In this document: positions 1 to 17,928 of the stretch, piece by piece
Layout: the number at the start of each line of letters is the position of its first letter
Position numbering within the stretch: the stretch's first letter is position 1
Assembly (NCBI RefSeq): GCF_021028975.2
Contig: NC_059439.1
Span: 39,680,001-39,744,000 of the forward strand
DNA: 64,000 nucleotides
Origin: Sphaerodactylus townsendi
Lineage: Eukaryota
Reading direction: 5' to 3'
Notes under the pieces: generated by a model
Databases searched by the model: none
Seen by the model: the letters and a program-made list of their open reading frames with translations, nothing else
What the model was told of the DNA's origin: nothing
Position numbers and translations under genes: made by a program

Positions 1-557
1 TCCCCCCCATGTCTCATGGTGTTTGTATGCATCTACTGGATTCAGTTGATTGCTCAAATCATTTACAGTTTAATCGGTCCAGCTGTTTATTTGTTTTTAA
101 ACAACATTGCTCATGTAGGTGAGTTCTGATCAGTGCAATGGGCTGGAAATGTTTCCTGTAGTCGAAGCCACATTGAGTACAAGCTACCCAGCCCTGCTCT
201 GCTGCTCAGGGGGTCTCCCAGGAGAGCAATGCCCTGCTGAGTGGCCAGTCGTGCTGTGGGAGGGAAATGGGGGGCGGGGGGGGGGGGCAGCGGCGGCACA
301 GGGTCCCGTGCCAAGAAGCTGAAGCTCCTTCCTGCTAACCTTTGATTCCCCTTATCTCTGCTGTGGCTGTCCCAACTGACAGGTGTGGCCAGATAGGAGA
401 GGGGCAAGCGCCAGTCCTGCCCAGTTGTCCTGGCCGGGCTCTTAGGGGGGAGGCAGACGGGGGCCGGAGCGATGACGGGGTGGGGGTCTTCTGTGGAGAC
501 GCTGGACTGAGAGGAGCAGCAGCAGCGGCAGCAGCGAGGGGCTCGGTGGTCACCACG

Positions 558-2425
558 TCAGTAGTGGGTCTGCTGTGAAAAACGAAAGGCCAACAGCAAA
601 GTCAGCACCAAAGAAGGCTCTCGACTTCTTCCTTGACCCCGAAGGGCTGCCCTCAGCCAGAGCCGGCTCAAAGGTGCCAGGCACCGGGACGGCTGCAGCT
701 GGGCATTGCTTCAGCTGCCCCCACTTCATGCGCAGAGACAGACTCAGCAGCTGACAGGGGGTGCCTCAGCGCATAGCCCCCCCACCCCCGCCTCCAAAGA
801 GACTTCAGAGCAAGCTGAAGGCAGAGGAGGAGAGCCGTGCCAGGAAAATAGGGATACTTACGCTCCCCCCCCCCTACACACACACCCATGCCCCAGAAGA
901 AAGGTCTTCCTCTCCCGCCCCGTGGAGAACACCCTGGCCGGGCCTCATGACCTGGTCACCCTGAGAGGACCTTCCAGCACACGGCCCTGGAGGCGTCACC
1001 CCACAGGAGGGCGGCTGAGCCTGGCAGCAGGCAGACTGCCAGGCCTGTCCCGGTCCAGGAGGCCCAGGTGGGCCTGGGAACTCACCGGGGGTTTCTCCTG
1101 GCTGCAGGTCCCACACAGGCAGCCGAAGAGGCCGTTGACCACTTGGATGCCGCAAAGGACCAGCTCCACCGCACTGGAGCCCAGGATGAGCGAGAAGAGG
1201 ATCACGTTGAACTCAGTGACCCCCTCTGGCACCCGGCAGAGGTCCCAAAGGTCACGGTCAAAGAGGTAGCTGTCGTTGCTGTCAGCAGGAGGGACAGAGG
1301 CGGAAGGGTGTGAATCCCGGCCAGGGCTCCTCGGGAGACCCCCGAGTGCCCTGGCCTCCAAAGCCCCACTGACCTGAAGCTCTGCTCTTCCTTCCAGAAG
1401 GGGCGTCCCCAGTCAGACAAAGTCCCGTTGTCCAGTTGGTACTGGCAGAGGGGCCCCCGCAGGAGTCCCAGCACTGAGACGCTCAAAGCATACAGGGAGC
1501 CAGCAAGCCCTATGGCCGCAAACAGCACTGAGAGGCACATCTGGCCAGCAGAGGGAAGGAAAGAGGGTGGTCAGCAACCAGCCTCAGGCCAGGGAGGGGC
1601 TCACTTGGCTAGCGGCAGAGGCCAGGGTGCCAGCTGTGAGGATACCCTGGCCGTCTGCTATTTAGGTGCAGGTGACTCAGGTGGGGCACGTTGCTTCCTC
1701 TCCCCCACCAACACACGCACACACGGAGAGGAAGGAGTGGGGAAGGGGAAATCACAGGGCTCATAGCTCACCCCACAGCGGTTCCCACAGCATCCTCGAC
1801 GCCCCGTGGCCTGGATGTGGATGGCTGGCACCAGGATCTGCGGAGATAGAGAGAGCCTGGATCACTGCCAGGAGCTATGGCTCAGGAAGCAGGAATACCA
1901 GAAGATGCAGCCTCCCCTCCCCCCATATTTCCCCCCTCCCAGTCCCTAAAGCCACATCCACGTGAATCCACAGCTGAAAGGGGCATGGAGCTCCTTGAGG
2001 GTGAGGCACGATAAATGCCAGAATGCCCATGGGAAGCCCCCCCCCCCCCCCCAACACACAAGGGTTTCATCCAGGCAGCAGCTGCTTTCCAGATTCATTC
2101 CAAAGCTCTGGTCCTAGTGCAAGAGAAGCCCTTTCCGACTTCCTTTGTGTCCCATGTACGTTGAGGAGGTGGCCCCAGGAAGAGATGGAGGACGGTGTCT
2201 GTGACTCTCCCGTGCCACCCCCCCCCCCCGCCACGTCCTTACCATGATTCCACCTCCTATGATCCCCCCCAGGTAGAGGACCTCCGGAGTCAGGTGCTGG
2301 CCTCGGTTCTGAACATACTCTGTTTTCCAGTTGGGAAAGGCCAGGAGAAGGTTGGCCACCATGCACAGGAGGGCAAAGGGCCAGAGAGCAGCGCCCACCA
2401 CTTTGGAGCAGGCGCCTGTACACAT
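558..2425 (-). CDS. Transmembrane 4 L6 family protein (TM4SF; tm4sf21/TM4SF5-like), 5 exons, ~207 aa
   Basis: Exons (minus): 2425-2243 MCTGACSKVVG...GGIIGGGIM; 1837-1772 ILVPAIHIQATGRRGCCGNRCG; 1540-1374 MCLSVLFAAIG...GPLCQY...; 1278-1086 NDSYLFDRDLWDLC...QVVNGLFGCLCGTC. Probable last exon 572-558 (QTHY*). GT-AG junctions with phases 0,0,2,0. L6 motifs MCTGxC, GCCGNRC, GPxC and QxVNGLxGxLCGxC. Minus-strand AATAAA at 86-91. The terminal exon is uncertain. Confidence 0.9.
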
Positions 2426-3049
2426 GGCGAGGCAGAGTGGGCCCCCTGGGCGGAGGGCGGCTTATATGCGACAGGAGGGCTCTGCCGCACCACTGGGTGC
2501 TGGGGCGTGGGGTGGTGGCAGCGGCGGCATCTGGGAGTGTCCTGGCTGTTTGTCTTATAAATGCCACCTTTGCCCCCTTGCCAACAGACACCCTGGGTGA
2601 GATATTAGGCTGGCTGGGGGCCAGGAGCTGCTGCTGCTGCTGCCTTTTCTTGGATGTGCTCGCCCCATGGGGGGAGGTACAGTCACACTCTTTTGACATC
2701 TGGCAGGTAGTTCTGCAGCTTGGAAATACAGGTCGTGGCTCCCCTGCCTACGATTCTAACTCTGGGTGATTAGGCAAGAGGGTGCAGTTTCAAAACAAAC
2801 AAACAAACCCAGACCTGGAAGCAAGTAGGGTCCGGGCCTGTGCCTGAGGCTCAGGCCATAATGCATCCTAGGCCTGGGCCACAACTGCCCACCCCATTTC
2901 CACCATACTGCCCAACCAGGATGAGGCACCACACAGAAAGCGCCACCCCCTACTCCTTGGAGAATCAAGAGTGCTGCAGCAGCCATCAGTAGCCAGGCTC
3001 AGCAGCCAGTGGGCGAGAGGGAATTCTCCCTGGGCTCACACAGGCCATG

Positions 3050-4900
3050 AATCATGCAATCAAAGAGCTGGAAGGGGCCATGCAAGCCCTCTGGTCCAAC
3101 CCCCTGTTTAAGGCATGTTTTGTACATATTTATATGTTAAAAATGACTTCCTATTTTCCAGCCGGCATTTCCCCCCCTTAATTTATCCCAATGCTCTGCT
3201 GCCAACGGCAACAGCCCCCTGCCCTCCTCTAGTGACAGCCCTATAAATAATCTCCCCACCCACCCCCACCACCCCCTCTTTGAAAAAACAGGTTTCTTTG
3301 TAGGGCTCGGTCCCTACCCCGCTGAATATCCCCATTACTCTCCTCTGGCCCTGCGTGGCCTGCAGTTTCCAGGGTCCTCCCTCCTCCCTTTTTTGAAAAC
3401 CGGGATAACATTCACCCTCCGCAATTCACGTGGCATGTCTCCCGCTCTGCAAGAGGTCTGGAAGATAATGGGCGAGGCCTCTGCAAGCGTTCTAGAAATC
3501 TGACCCGTGGAATTTGCACTCATCCAATGCCGGCAGGTACTTCTAAGCTACTTCCTTGTCCATGTCAACCAGCAGCCAGGATGCTGTGCCTTGCCTGCTA
3601 CCATCTCTGGATGAACGTGTTCTCTTCTTCGGGGAGAAAAACTTAGGTAAAATAGGCATTGGCCAATTACGCAGGGAATGCTTACCTCGGGACTCTTCTC
3701 TGTGCAGTGGGCTTACAGAGGGCTCTCCTCATGTTTCTCTGTTTATCCAAGAAGAGGCAGCACAGTGCCTGACCTGCAGCTGCTTGGTGAAGTCTTGACA
3801 GGCTACTCTTTCCTGGTTTTCTTAACTCTGCCACTCCTAAAGGCACAGATCTCATCACACTCAGCAGTCCCAATAATAGAGCTGATATTCCCTCCCTCTC
3901 CCTTTCCTTCCACACACACTCTCTCTCTCTCTGCCACTGCAAGAGAGAGGCTTGCTTTTAAAAAGTGGCTTGTCAGAAATATTTTAAAAAGACCTTCCAA
4001 TCATTGGAAAGGGCAGAACCTGTGTAGGGGAGGTGGGCTAGAGCCGGAAAGAGATCCTGCGTGTTGTTCCTTTGCAAAAGCCAACTCTATTATTTCGATA
4101 TATTTATAACTTAATATGAGCATTTAGAAGAGCGGGAAAGAGCTGACAACAGGGAGGAGGGCAAGGGGGAAGCATGCAAAGCAGCGCGAGGGAATGGGGC
4201 GGCTGTGGGTGAAGAGGTCCAGGGCAAATCTGTCTGCTCTGGCTGTGAAGCAAAATTAAACTTGTGCTAGAAGTGGTCTTCCTTGCTGCGGGGAGAACAG
4301 AAAGTGAAACCGGGGCTGAAGGAAATATGTCCATACAAGAAATCTTGCAGCAAGTGTACAGCAGATGCCTTGTGAGTAATCAGCCATTGGATCTTTCTGC
4401 TTTCTCGGTCTCCGTTTTCATCCAACAGTGGACCTATTGCTTTTTTAACCTTGTTTTTGTTGCTCACACATCTGAAAAAACGTTTCGTGTTGTGTGAGGC
4501 TCACTGGCTGCCCTCAATTCACTGTGAACTTTGGCCTCTCCAGTGGCTGGCCTCTCTGATACCCTAGCAACCGGCTGATATTCTTCTTTAGAGGCATGTC
4601 CTTCCCTCCACTTCTTCAGCATTTCATTTTTCCTCCTTAGCTCATCTTGCAGTTCTCTGTTCATCCACATTTGCCTTCTTGGCCCCCCCCCCCCCCCATG
4701 TTTCCTCTCTCTTGTGGGAGAGAACCTGCGCTTCCCCTGCTCCTGTGCCTTCCAGCAGTCTTGCCCCTCGGATGATTATCATCAAGCCTCTGAGTTTGCC
4801 CTACTGAAATCTAATATATGTGCCTGCCTACGAACTTCCTTGATCTTCCGCTGCAAAAGGAATTCTGGGAAGACATCAGCCTTGCTGAGAAAAGCCCGCT
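3050..4900 (-). mobile_element. Degraded CR1 LINE fragments (3' end plus ORF2 pieces)
   Basis: Minus-strand peptides RRVNVIPVFKKGRREDPGNCRP, WMNRELQDELRRKNEMLKKWREG and NKVKKAIGPLLDENG resemble CR1 ORF2. CR1-like 3' end near 3050-3110. Fragmented, so boundaries are approximate. Confidence 0.7.
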
Positions 4901-5274
4901 TACACCCCAGGACCAACTGCACGCACCAGCAAAAAGGGCACATTTTGTCTCTCTAAGTCTGACAGACACCCAGAAACCCCCAAGCAGCACCCTGATTCTG
5001 TAAATCCAGGTGTCCCCAATGTGACACCCATGGGTGCCATGGAGAAACTCCTTTTCTGATGTCCGTCAAGTGGTTTTTCAAAACGGGTGGGGCTTTTGAT
5101 TGACCCCTGAAGCTCTGACTGCCAATACTGACTAAGTTGCTTCCACAACACACTGTGTGGCTGCCGCACGCAAGAACATCTTTTCAAACACTACGTCGGT
5201 TTTAAAAGGCATTCTGTCCAACAGAGTTTCCACATGAAATGTTTTGTGGTGGTTGGCTCTGCCTCTGGCAACAT

Positions 5275-5426
5275 GTTATATTAGGATTGAAGGCTGTTTT
5301 AATGTACACCAATACTGAATGTACGGTGTTTGTTTATTATTTATCTGATGTTTGTTTGTTGTGAACCACCCTGAGCCCTTCGGGGGAGGGCGGTATATAA
5401 GTTGAATAATAATAAAATAAAATAAA
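5275..5426 (+). mobile_element. L2-type LINE 3' tail fragment
   Basis: AT-rich stretch ending gtgaaccaccctgagcccttcgggggagggcggtatataa plus an (AAT/AAAAT)n tail. Same tail motif as 19691-19885. Confidence 0.55.
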
Positions 5427-5589
5427 TGCTGTGGTTGCGCCCACCTCCCTGTGCCCAAATTCCAAAGGTGCCCGAGGCTTCAGAAGTTTGGGGACCCCAA
5501 CTGTCATTCATTAAGACCCCTTCCCTAGAAAGACCAAAAGGCTCTCTGCCACAAAAACCATCAGGCGTGCTCCTTAGAGTTACACTCTT

Positions 5590-6339
5590 TTAATGGCTCT
5601 TTGGCTCTCCGGGGCACAGAGGGAGCCTGCAGGCCTCACCCATGCATTCCTGAGGTCCGGGATGCCCTGGGCCCTCCCGCAATACCCGGAATGGTGCCCC
5701 GTGCCCAGGCACGATGATGTCAGCAATGCGCAGCGCATATGCCCTGCTGGCCTCTTGCCGCACTGGGTCTTGGCTCAGTGGCTGCCATTGCCCTTCATCA
5801 CTCTCGCACTCAAAAAGGTCTCCGGCCACCAAGACGTGGCCCATGCTGGTGCCCCACACCATCAGACTGACATCGTGCCCTGCGTGGCCAGGAGTGGGCA
5901 GCACTTCCAAGTGCCCGGCGTGCAGCGGGTGGGGAAGGCCCTGGCGCAGTCCGTTGGGGAGGTAGAGGCCATCGGGCCGGCTGAGGTCGGTGCCCACGAT
6001 CAGATCCGCCCCTGGGAAGAGATTGAGGTTGCCCACGTGGTCCGAGTGGCCGTGGGTGCACACCACGTGCCGGATGTCCCCGGGGGACACTCCCTGCCCC
6101 GCCAGCCCCGCCAGCAGGCGCTCTCGGCCCCACGGGCCCCCCGTGTCCACCAGGGTCAGCTGCGGCCCCAAAACCAGAGAGACGGTCCCGTCCGCTCGAG
6201 TGCTGCCGTCCGGGAGCTCTGTGGCGTAGCCCTCCTGCAAGACCACCACGGAGTAGGGGGAGCCGGCCACGAGCGACACAGGGAGGGGGGACGTCCGCAC
6301 CTTGACGCCGGGGTCTGCGGGGGCCAGCTGGAGCGCCAT
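5590..6339 (-). CDS. MBLAC1: Metallo-beta-lactamase domain-containing protein 1, single coding exon, 249 aa
   Basis: First ATG at 6339 within ORF 5590-6534. Motifs [26 protein letters not shown] (HxHxDH), TPGH, VAGDLFE and IVPGHG match MBLAC1 as I recall it. Confidence 0.95.
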   Translation of the reverse strand: MALQLAPADPGVKVRTSPLPVSLVAGSPYSVVVLQEGYATELPDGSTRADGTVSLVLGPQLTLVDTGGPWGRERLLAGLAGQGVSPGDIRHVVCTHGHSDHVGNLNLFPGADLIVGTDLSRPDGLYLPNGLRQGLPHPLHAGHLEVLPTPGHAGHDVSLMVWGTSMGHVLVAGDLFECESDEGQWQPLSQDPVRQEASRAYALRIADIIVPGHGAPFRVLREGPGHPGPQECMGEACRLPLCPGEPKSH

Positions 6340-6902
6340 GCGGACGGGCAGGGAGCCGACGGACTCGGCCAGCGGCGGCGGGGGGGTCCCAGAAGGGGGC
6401 AGGCAGGCGAAAGGGCCCCCCCCCCCCCACGGGAGGCGCAGCAGGGGCCGGGCGCAGGTCCAGGGGCGGCGCCGGACGCCTGCAAGGGAGCGAGGGAGGG
6501 GCGAGCGAGCAGACCCCGCCCCCTCTGCTCTCACCCCCGCCCCCTCCAGCGGCTGCGGGAAGGTCCACGCATGCGCAGGACAGACAGAGGCCCCGTCGAC
6601 GGCTGGGCTGACTCGAGGCCGCTCTAGGCGCTGCTCTCGGCTGCTGTTCCTCCGCGACGGGTCCTGGCAGGGGAGGAGAGCGGGCCAGTGCGCGCACGCG
6701 CAGATTGGCTCTTCGGGAGGGGGGGGCGTCTCCTGCCAGGACCTGGCGGCGGGAGTCGGTCTGCCTGCAGTGCTTGGATCGGGAGCGCGGCCGCCGACAG
6801 GGCGCCCCGAATCGCCGGCCTCCCTCGCGGGGCTGTTGTGAGCAGGGCGACGGGAAGGGCGCGTGGAGGGGCTGCGCGCGAGCCTCGTGCCCCCGCGGCC
6901 CG
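6340..6902. promoter_or_regulatory. CpG-island bidirectional promoter shared by MBLAC1 and TAF6
   Basis: 563 bp between divergent ATGs, CpG-rich. GC boxes near 6514 and 6535, NRF1-like CGCATGCGCA at 6568-6577 and TGCGCGCACGCGCA at 6689-6702, ATTGG (reverse CCAAT) at 6704-6708. Confidence 0.75.
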
Positions 6903-13434
<6,532 letters not shown>

Positions 13435-13623
13435 GAGCAGTGCTGGGTGGGTGGGACAGTGGGTGGCACGGGGCCAGCCCCTTCGGTTTGGGCCTGGAAA
13501 CTGGGGACAACCTGGCCAAGACCTTCCAGCGATGGGATGGCAGAGGGGGCTGCGATCATCGGTGGGGCATAAGAAGGGGGGGGCGTTTACCCCTTCCCTA
13601 CCTTGGATGGGGACAGCAGTGTA

Positions 13624-13645
13624 AATAAATTCCCGTGTAAATAAA
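13624..13645 (+). terminator. Tandem poly(A) signals of TAF6
   Basis: AATAAA at 13624-13629 and 13640-13645 (duplicated gtgtaaataaa), followed by GU-rich tctttggtttgg. Confidence 0.8.
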
Positions 13646-14043
13646 CAGTCTTTGGTTTGGATCGATCAGCCTGGTGTGGTTTGTTCCTGGCTCCCAAGAC
13701 GGGTGGGAAACCCTTCCTGCCTCCCCCACCCCTTAGTTGGGTGAAGGGGGGGCAGGGAAAGGGGCTCTGTCGTGGGGGGGGGTCACCTGAGAAGGAACAG
13801 ATCTTAAAGGCAGGATCTCCTGGCAGAGGCCGTGAGTGGGAGGGCCAGCAAAGAGACGGGGGGGGGGGTCTCTGCCCTCCCTGCCACCCCCAATTCTGCA
13901 GGCGGAGTGAACTTTGGAACATTTACTTTTTTTCTGGAGAGGAGGAGGAGACGACGGCTTCACCTGGAAGGATAAGGGGGCGGCGGTTGGGGGGTGTCCA
14001 GGTGAGTGTCTGCGGGGGAAGTGTTGTCGCCCTCTCCTGAGTG

Positions 14044-15167
14044 CTACCGCTGCCAGGCCGGTCTGTCCTTGGTAGCATGGCCAGGGGCCGCCCGGCGGGC
14101 GTCGTAGATTACCTGGCCCAGTGGCGGCCACCGCAGCCCGGAGCAGCAGATCAGGAGGCGGGCAGGCCGTGGTGGCGGCGGCGGGGGAGGGCTGGGGGCG
14201 GCGGCCAGAGACAGCCAGGCGCTGGAGTGCTCGGAGCTGCGGGGCGCTGGCCGTGGCAAGGGCTTCCGTGGGCGGGCGGCACTGCGGGCGTTCTGTGGGG
14301 GTCTCTCTGCTGAGGGAGGGAGGAGGAAGAGGTAAGAGAGTCTGAGCTGAGGAAGACATGGGTGGGCTCCTCCTGGTTCGCCTGGCTGCTTCATATGGGC
14401 CAGACTCTGGTGTGGGGAGCCCCCAGTGCCCCCGACTCACCCTGGGGTGCGTGGCAGTGGGGAGCTCTTCTGCGTGATCCCTGCGGAGGCCGGCGGAGCT
14501 GCAGGAGGAGAGCAGGGTCGGGTTGGTGGCCGTGGCATAGAGAGACGTGGGGCCCAAGGGAAGAGGGGTCCAGAAGATTGTTCCGTTCCTCTCTCCGAGG
14601 GCCCAGGCTCCCCCTCCCCCCCACAGTGGTGTGTCCTCAGAACAACTCTGCGACATAGAGCAAGCNNNNNNNNNNNNNNNNNNNNNNNNNNNNNNNNNNN
14701 NNNNNNNNNNNNNNNNNNNNNNNNNNNNNNNNNNNNNNNNNNNNNNNNNNNNNNNNNNNNNNNNNNNNNNNNNNNNNNNNNNNNNNNNNNNNNNNNNNNN
14801 NNNNNNNNNNNNNNNNNNNNNNNNNNNNNNNNNNNNNNNNNNNNNNNNNNNNNNNNNNNNNNNNNNNNNNNNNNNNNNNNNNNNNNNNNNNNNNNNNNNN
14901 NNNNNNNNNNNNNNNNNNNNNNATCACGGCGAGAGGGCTGGAGAAGCAGCTGTGGAGCCAGGCGTGGTTGGCAGCGCCCAACAGGCCAAATCTAACCCCA
15001 GTGGCTCCAGGCAGGGTAAGGAAGGGCAGCAGGCCTTTCAGGGGGGGATCTCCCCACACTCTCACCTGAGAGATCAGGTTGGCGGCCACACATAGCAGGA
15101 CCATCCCGGCCAGGATCCGGAGTGCCCAGTCCCCCGCCTCTTGGCAGGTGCCCTCCTGCACTGGCAT
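14044..15167 (-). CDS. Candidate 3-exon single-pass protein, SPEM1-family-like, 141 aa
   Basis: Exon 15167-15066 (gcagccATG; MPVQEGTCQEAGDWALRILAGMVLLCVAANLISQ, donor CAG|GTGAGA). Exon 14498-14441 (acceptor ctctcctcctgcag, donor G|GTGAGT). Exon 14309-14044 (acceptor ctccctccctcag; ...PLGQVIYDARRAA...QR*). Phases 0 and 1 join into an open 426-nt frame. The N gap lies in intron 1. Confidence 0.65.
14666..14922. other. Assembly gap (257 N)
   Basis: Run of N. Confidence 1.
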
Positions 15168-15457
15168 GGCTGCCCAGACGCCCGCGGGTGGCAGCCCAAG
15201 AGAGGAGGCAACAGGGAAGCCATTGTGAGGGGGCCGTGAGGTCACAAAGGAAGCCAGCGTGGTGCTGGGGGTGGTCTTGGGATCTCCAGCTCTTTAAGGG
15301 ACCACCACACACCAGCAGCAGGGGGGCCTTGGGAGCGGGGGCCCCTCGCCAGGGCAAGACAAGGCAGGTCCCTGGGTCCTTCTGGGTTCTGGAGGTGCAC
15401 CAGCCTGGCACAGGAGGCCCACGTGTGCTTCAGATGGCATCGGACTGGAGGTGGTGG

Positions 15458-15940
15458 TGCCAGATCTTCAAGGTGCTGTTAGTTCACATAACCTTAAGCC
15501 AATAAACGGACTCTGAAGTATTGATCAGTAGCATTTATTGAAAAGGTATCGAAGCACCGTACTTGGCATTCACAGTCCCCTTTATCCCTCGTAGAGAGAC
15601 CCCCCTTCCGTTTTCCCGAGACGCTGTGAAAAGCAGTCTTTGGAGCTAAGGCACCCCAAAGTCGGTGGCAGATGGCAAGAGAGAGCCACCTGGTTTCCTG
15701 CCCTTCGAGATTATGGATGTAACACAGTTCTCGTGGGACCAGGGTGTCAGGGGGAAGCCTAGTGGTCTACAAAGTGTGTGAAGCCATAAAGTAAAGATCA
15801 AGGAAAGAATGCACAGATGGCAGTGGATACATATAGTAGGCTGGTTACGTGTATCTTTGTAGCAGCATTAATGTGTTATTTTAAGCAGTTACATGGATCT
15901 GGGAATGTATCTCAATCACCTAGATAGTGTCCCCCTGACA
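15458..15940 (-). mobile_element. Solo LTR, 483 bp
   Basis: Ends TGCCAG...CTGACA (TG..CA, imperfect inverted termini) with a 5-bp TSD GGTGG at 15453-15457 and 15941-15945. Minus-strand GATAAA near 15581 followed by AATAAA at 15534-15539. Lower GC than its flanks. Confidence 0.75.
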
Positions 15941-17039
15941 GGTGGGCCCTGGGTTCGGGATGCTCAGGGTGGCCCTTCCATCCACCCATCCACCCAAGAG
16001 GCAGCTCTCCCAGAGGAGGCTTCCTTCAAAAAAGGCTCAGAAGTTTACCAAGTTGAGTCAAAGGTCGTTTCTCACCATGCTCCTCCCCACAACCTGACCT
16101 GGGTTTCCGCGTGCGTGAGTGCATGCGTGCGTGTTGCCCATTCCTTCCTCCTCTGTCATTGATCCCCCACAACTGGGCTTTCCTGGAAGCAGCTGGGAGT
16201 AAGCAGAGGACCCCTGGCAGGCCCCCCGGGAAAGTGCCCGGTCCCCAGAGGGCGCCGTCTGTCCCCCAGGGTTACGTATGTGGCCAAAAGAGCAGGGCCC
16301 GGGCATAAAGGGGGAGTTCTGGCTCAGCGGGAGAGTCCTTGGGGCCACCCAGTTTGTCTTGGGCGGGGAAGGGGGGCTACAGGGGAGGAGGGTGTCGAGC
16401 TGCTTCCTTCACCAGCCTCTCCGGGATGGAGCATTACTTGCCCAGTGTGCAGAAGACTGAGCCGGTGGAGGGTTCTCTGGGAAGTGCATTGTGGAAAACT
16501 TCAGCAGCCCCCCCCCCCCCCGCACACACACCTGGAACTCCTCAGGGCTCCTTCAGACTGGTCCAGATGAGGAGGGGGTGGCAGAGGGAGGCGCTGCTAA
16601 GGCTGCCTTGCTCTGGAGAACGGGCTCCCCCGTCAGGCAGGAGGCAGCACCAGCAATCTTGAAATATTAAAATTGAATTAATTATCATAATCACGCAGCT
16701 ACTGATGGAGACTAACAGGTTTAAAGTGTCAACAGGCTCTAACAATGGGCCATAGTTTAACTAAAACAGCACCTCCATTTATAATTCAGATTTACCACAC
16801 TAGGGGAGGAGAGGTGCGGGGGGGGCGGCTAGTGGGGACAAATATCAGGAGGCCAGAAAGTTGGAAGGAGAACGGGAGCTGCCTCAACCCAAGACCCAGC
16901 GGAACATCTCCCCCTCACAGGCCCAGTGGAACTGAATTGAGTCCAGGAGATAGATAGTTCCACCTGGCCAGAGTCAGGGGCCGAGAAAGCCCCTCCCTCT
17001 GGGTAAGGAGGACAGCTGAACATTCTTGGGGCCAGAGAC

Positions 17040-17400
17040 GACTACAAGATTAATGCCAGCTGAGTGAAGCACCCTTCAGGGGCAATATGGGGCAATGCGT
17101 TTCCATAGATACGACAGTCCTAGACTCCTCGAGGTCTTAAAGGTTAACACCAGCACCTTGAACTTAACTCAGAATTCAACCGGTAACCAGTGCAATTGGT
17201 GAAGCACAAATCAAATATGTGATGTGAGCAGAATCCTGGTAAGAACTCTCACCGCTGCATTCTGGGCCAGTTGCAACTTCTGGAGTAGTCTCAAGGGTAG
17301 GCCCACGCAGAATGAGTTACAGTAATCCTGCCTGGAGGTGATGGTTGCATGGAGCACTGGAGCAAGGCCGGAGGAGGACAGGGAGCCAACTGCCTGGCCT
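17040..17400 (-). mobile_element. L2 LINE fragment (RT C-terminal region)
   Basis: Peptide LHATITSRQDYCNSFCVGLPLRLLQKLQLAQNAAVRVLT matches the L2-clade SRLDYCN...QNAAAR motif. Confidence 0.8.
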
Positions 17401-17552
17401 TGCGGAGGTGGAAGAAAGTCACCTTGGCCACCTGTGCGGCCTGGGTCTCCGTGGGAAGGAGGACTCCAGAGACACACCCAGGCTTTTGCTAGAGGAGGCA
17501 GATGTTAACGCTGTTCTGTCTAATTTTGGCTGCTGGAAACCCCAAAGTCGAA

Positions 17553-17625
17553 AGATGCAGGCGAAACATTAGGAACAAGACCTACCAGACCATGGCCACA
17601 CAGCCCGGAAAACCCACCACAACCA
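17553..17625 (+). mobile_element. Short Penelope-like 3' repeat fragment
   Basis: gatgcaggcgaaacattagg...catggccacacagcccggaaaacccaccacaacc resembles the squamate Penelope terminus as I recall it. Confidence 0.5.
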
Positions 17626-17928
17626 AAATTTAGAACTGTTCATAATTGAGCAATAAATTGGCTGTTTCCTCAGCCACACTTACAAGCCGTCTAGTTAAGA
17701 GTAATTCCTGTGCTAGTTCTGACACTTCTTCACACTCTGTGGCAGTGATGGTGAACCTTTTCGAGACCGAGTGCCCAAACTGCAACCCAAAATCCACTTA
17801 TTTATTGCAAAGTGCCAACATGGCAATTTAATCTGAATACTGAGGTTTTAGTTTAGAAAAAATGGTTGGCTCCCAGGCGTGTGTTACTTGGGAGTAAGCT
17901 TGGTGGTAGTTGGTGGCTTTGCTTTGAA

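Noticed and set aside
6340-6534. 65-aa N-terminal extension of MBLAC1 in the ORF track
   Set aside because: Non-ATG start; homology begins after the ATG at 6339.
13733-14656. 307-aa minus-strand ORF
   Set aside because: Different frame from the splice-supported model and reads through its intron; Pro/Arg/Ala low complexity.
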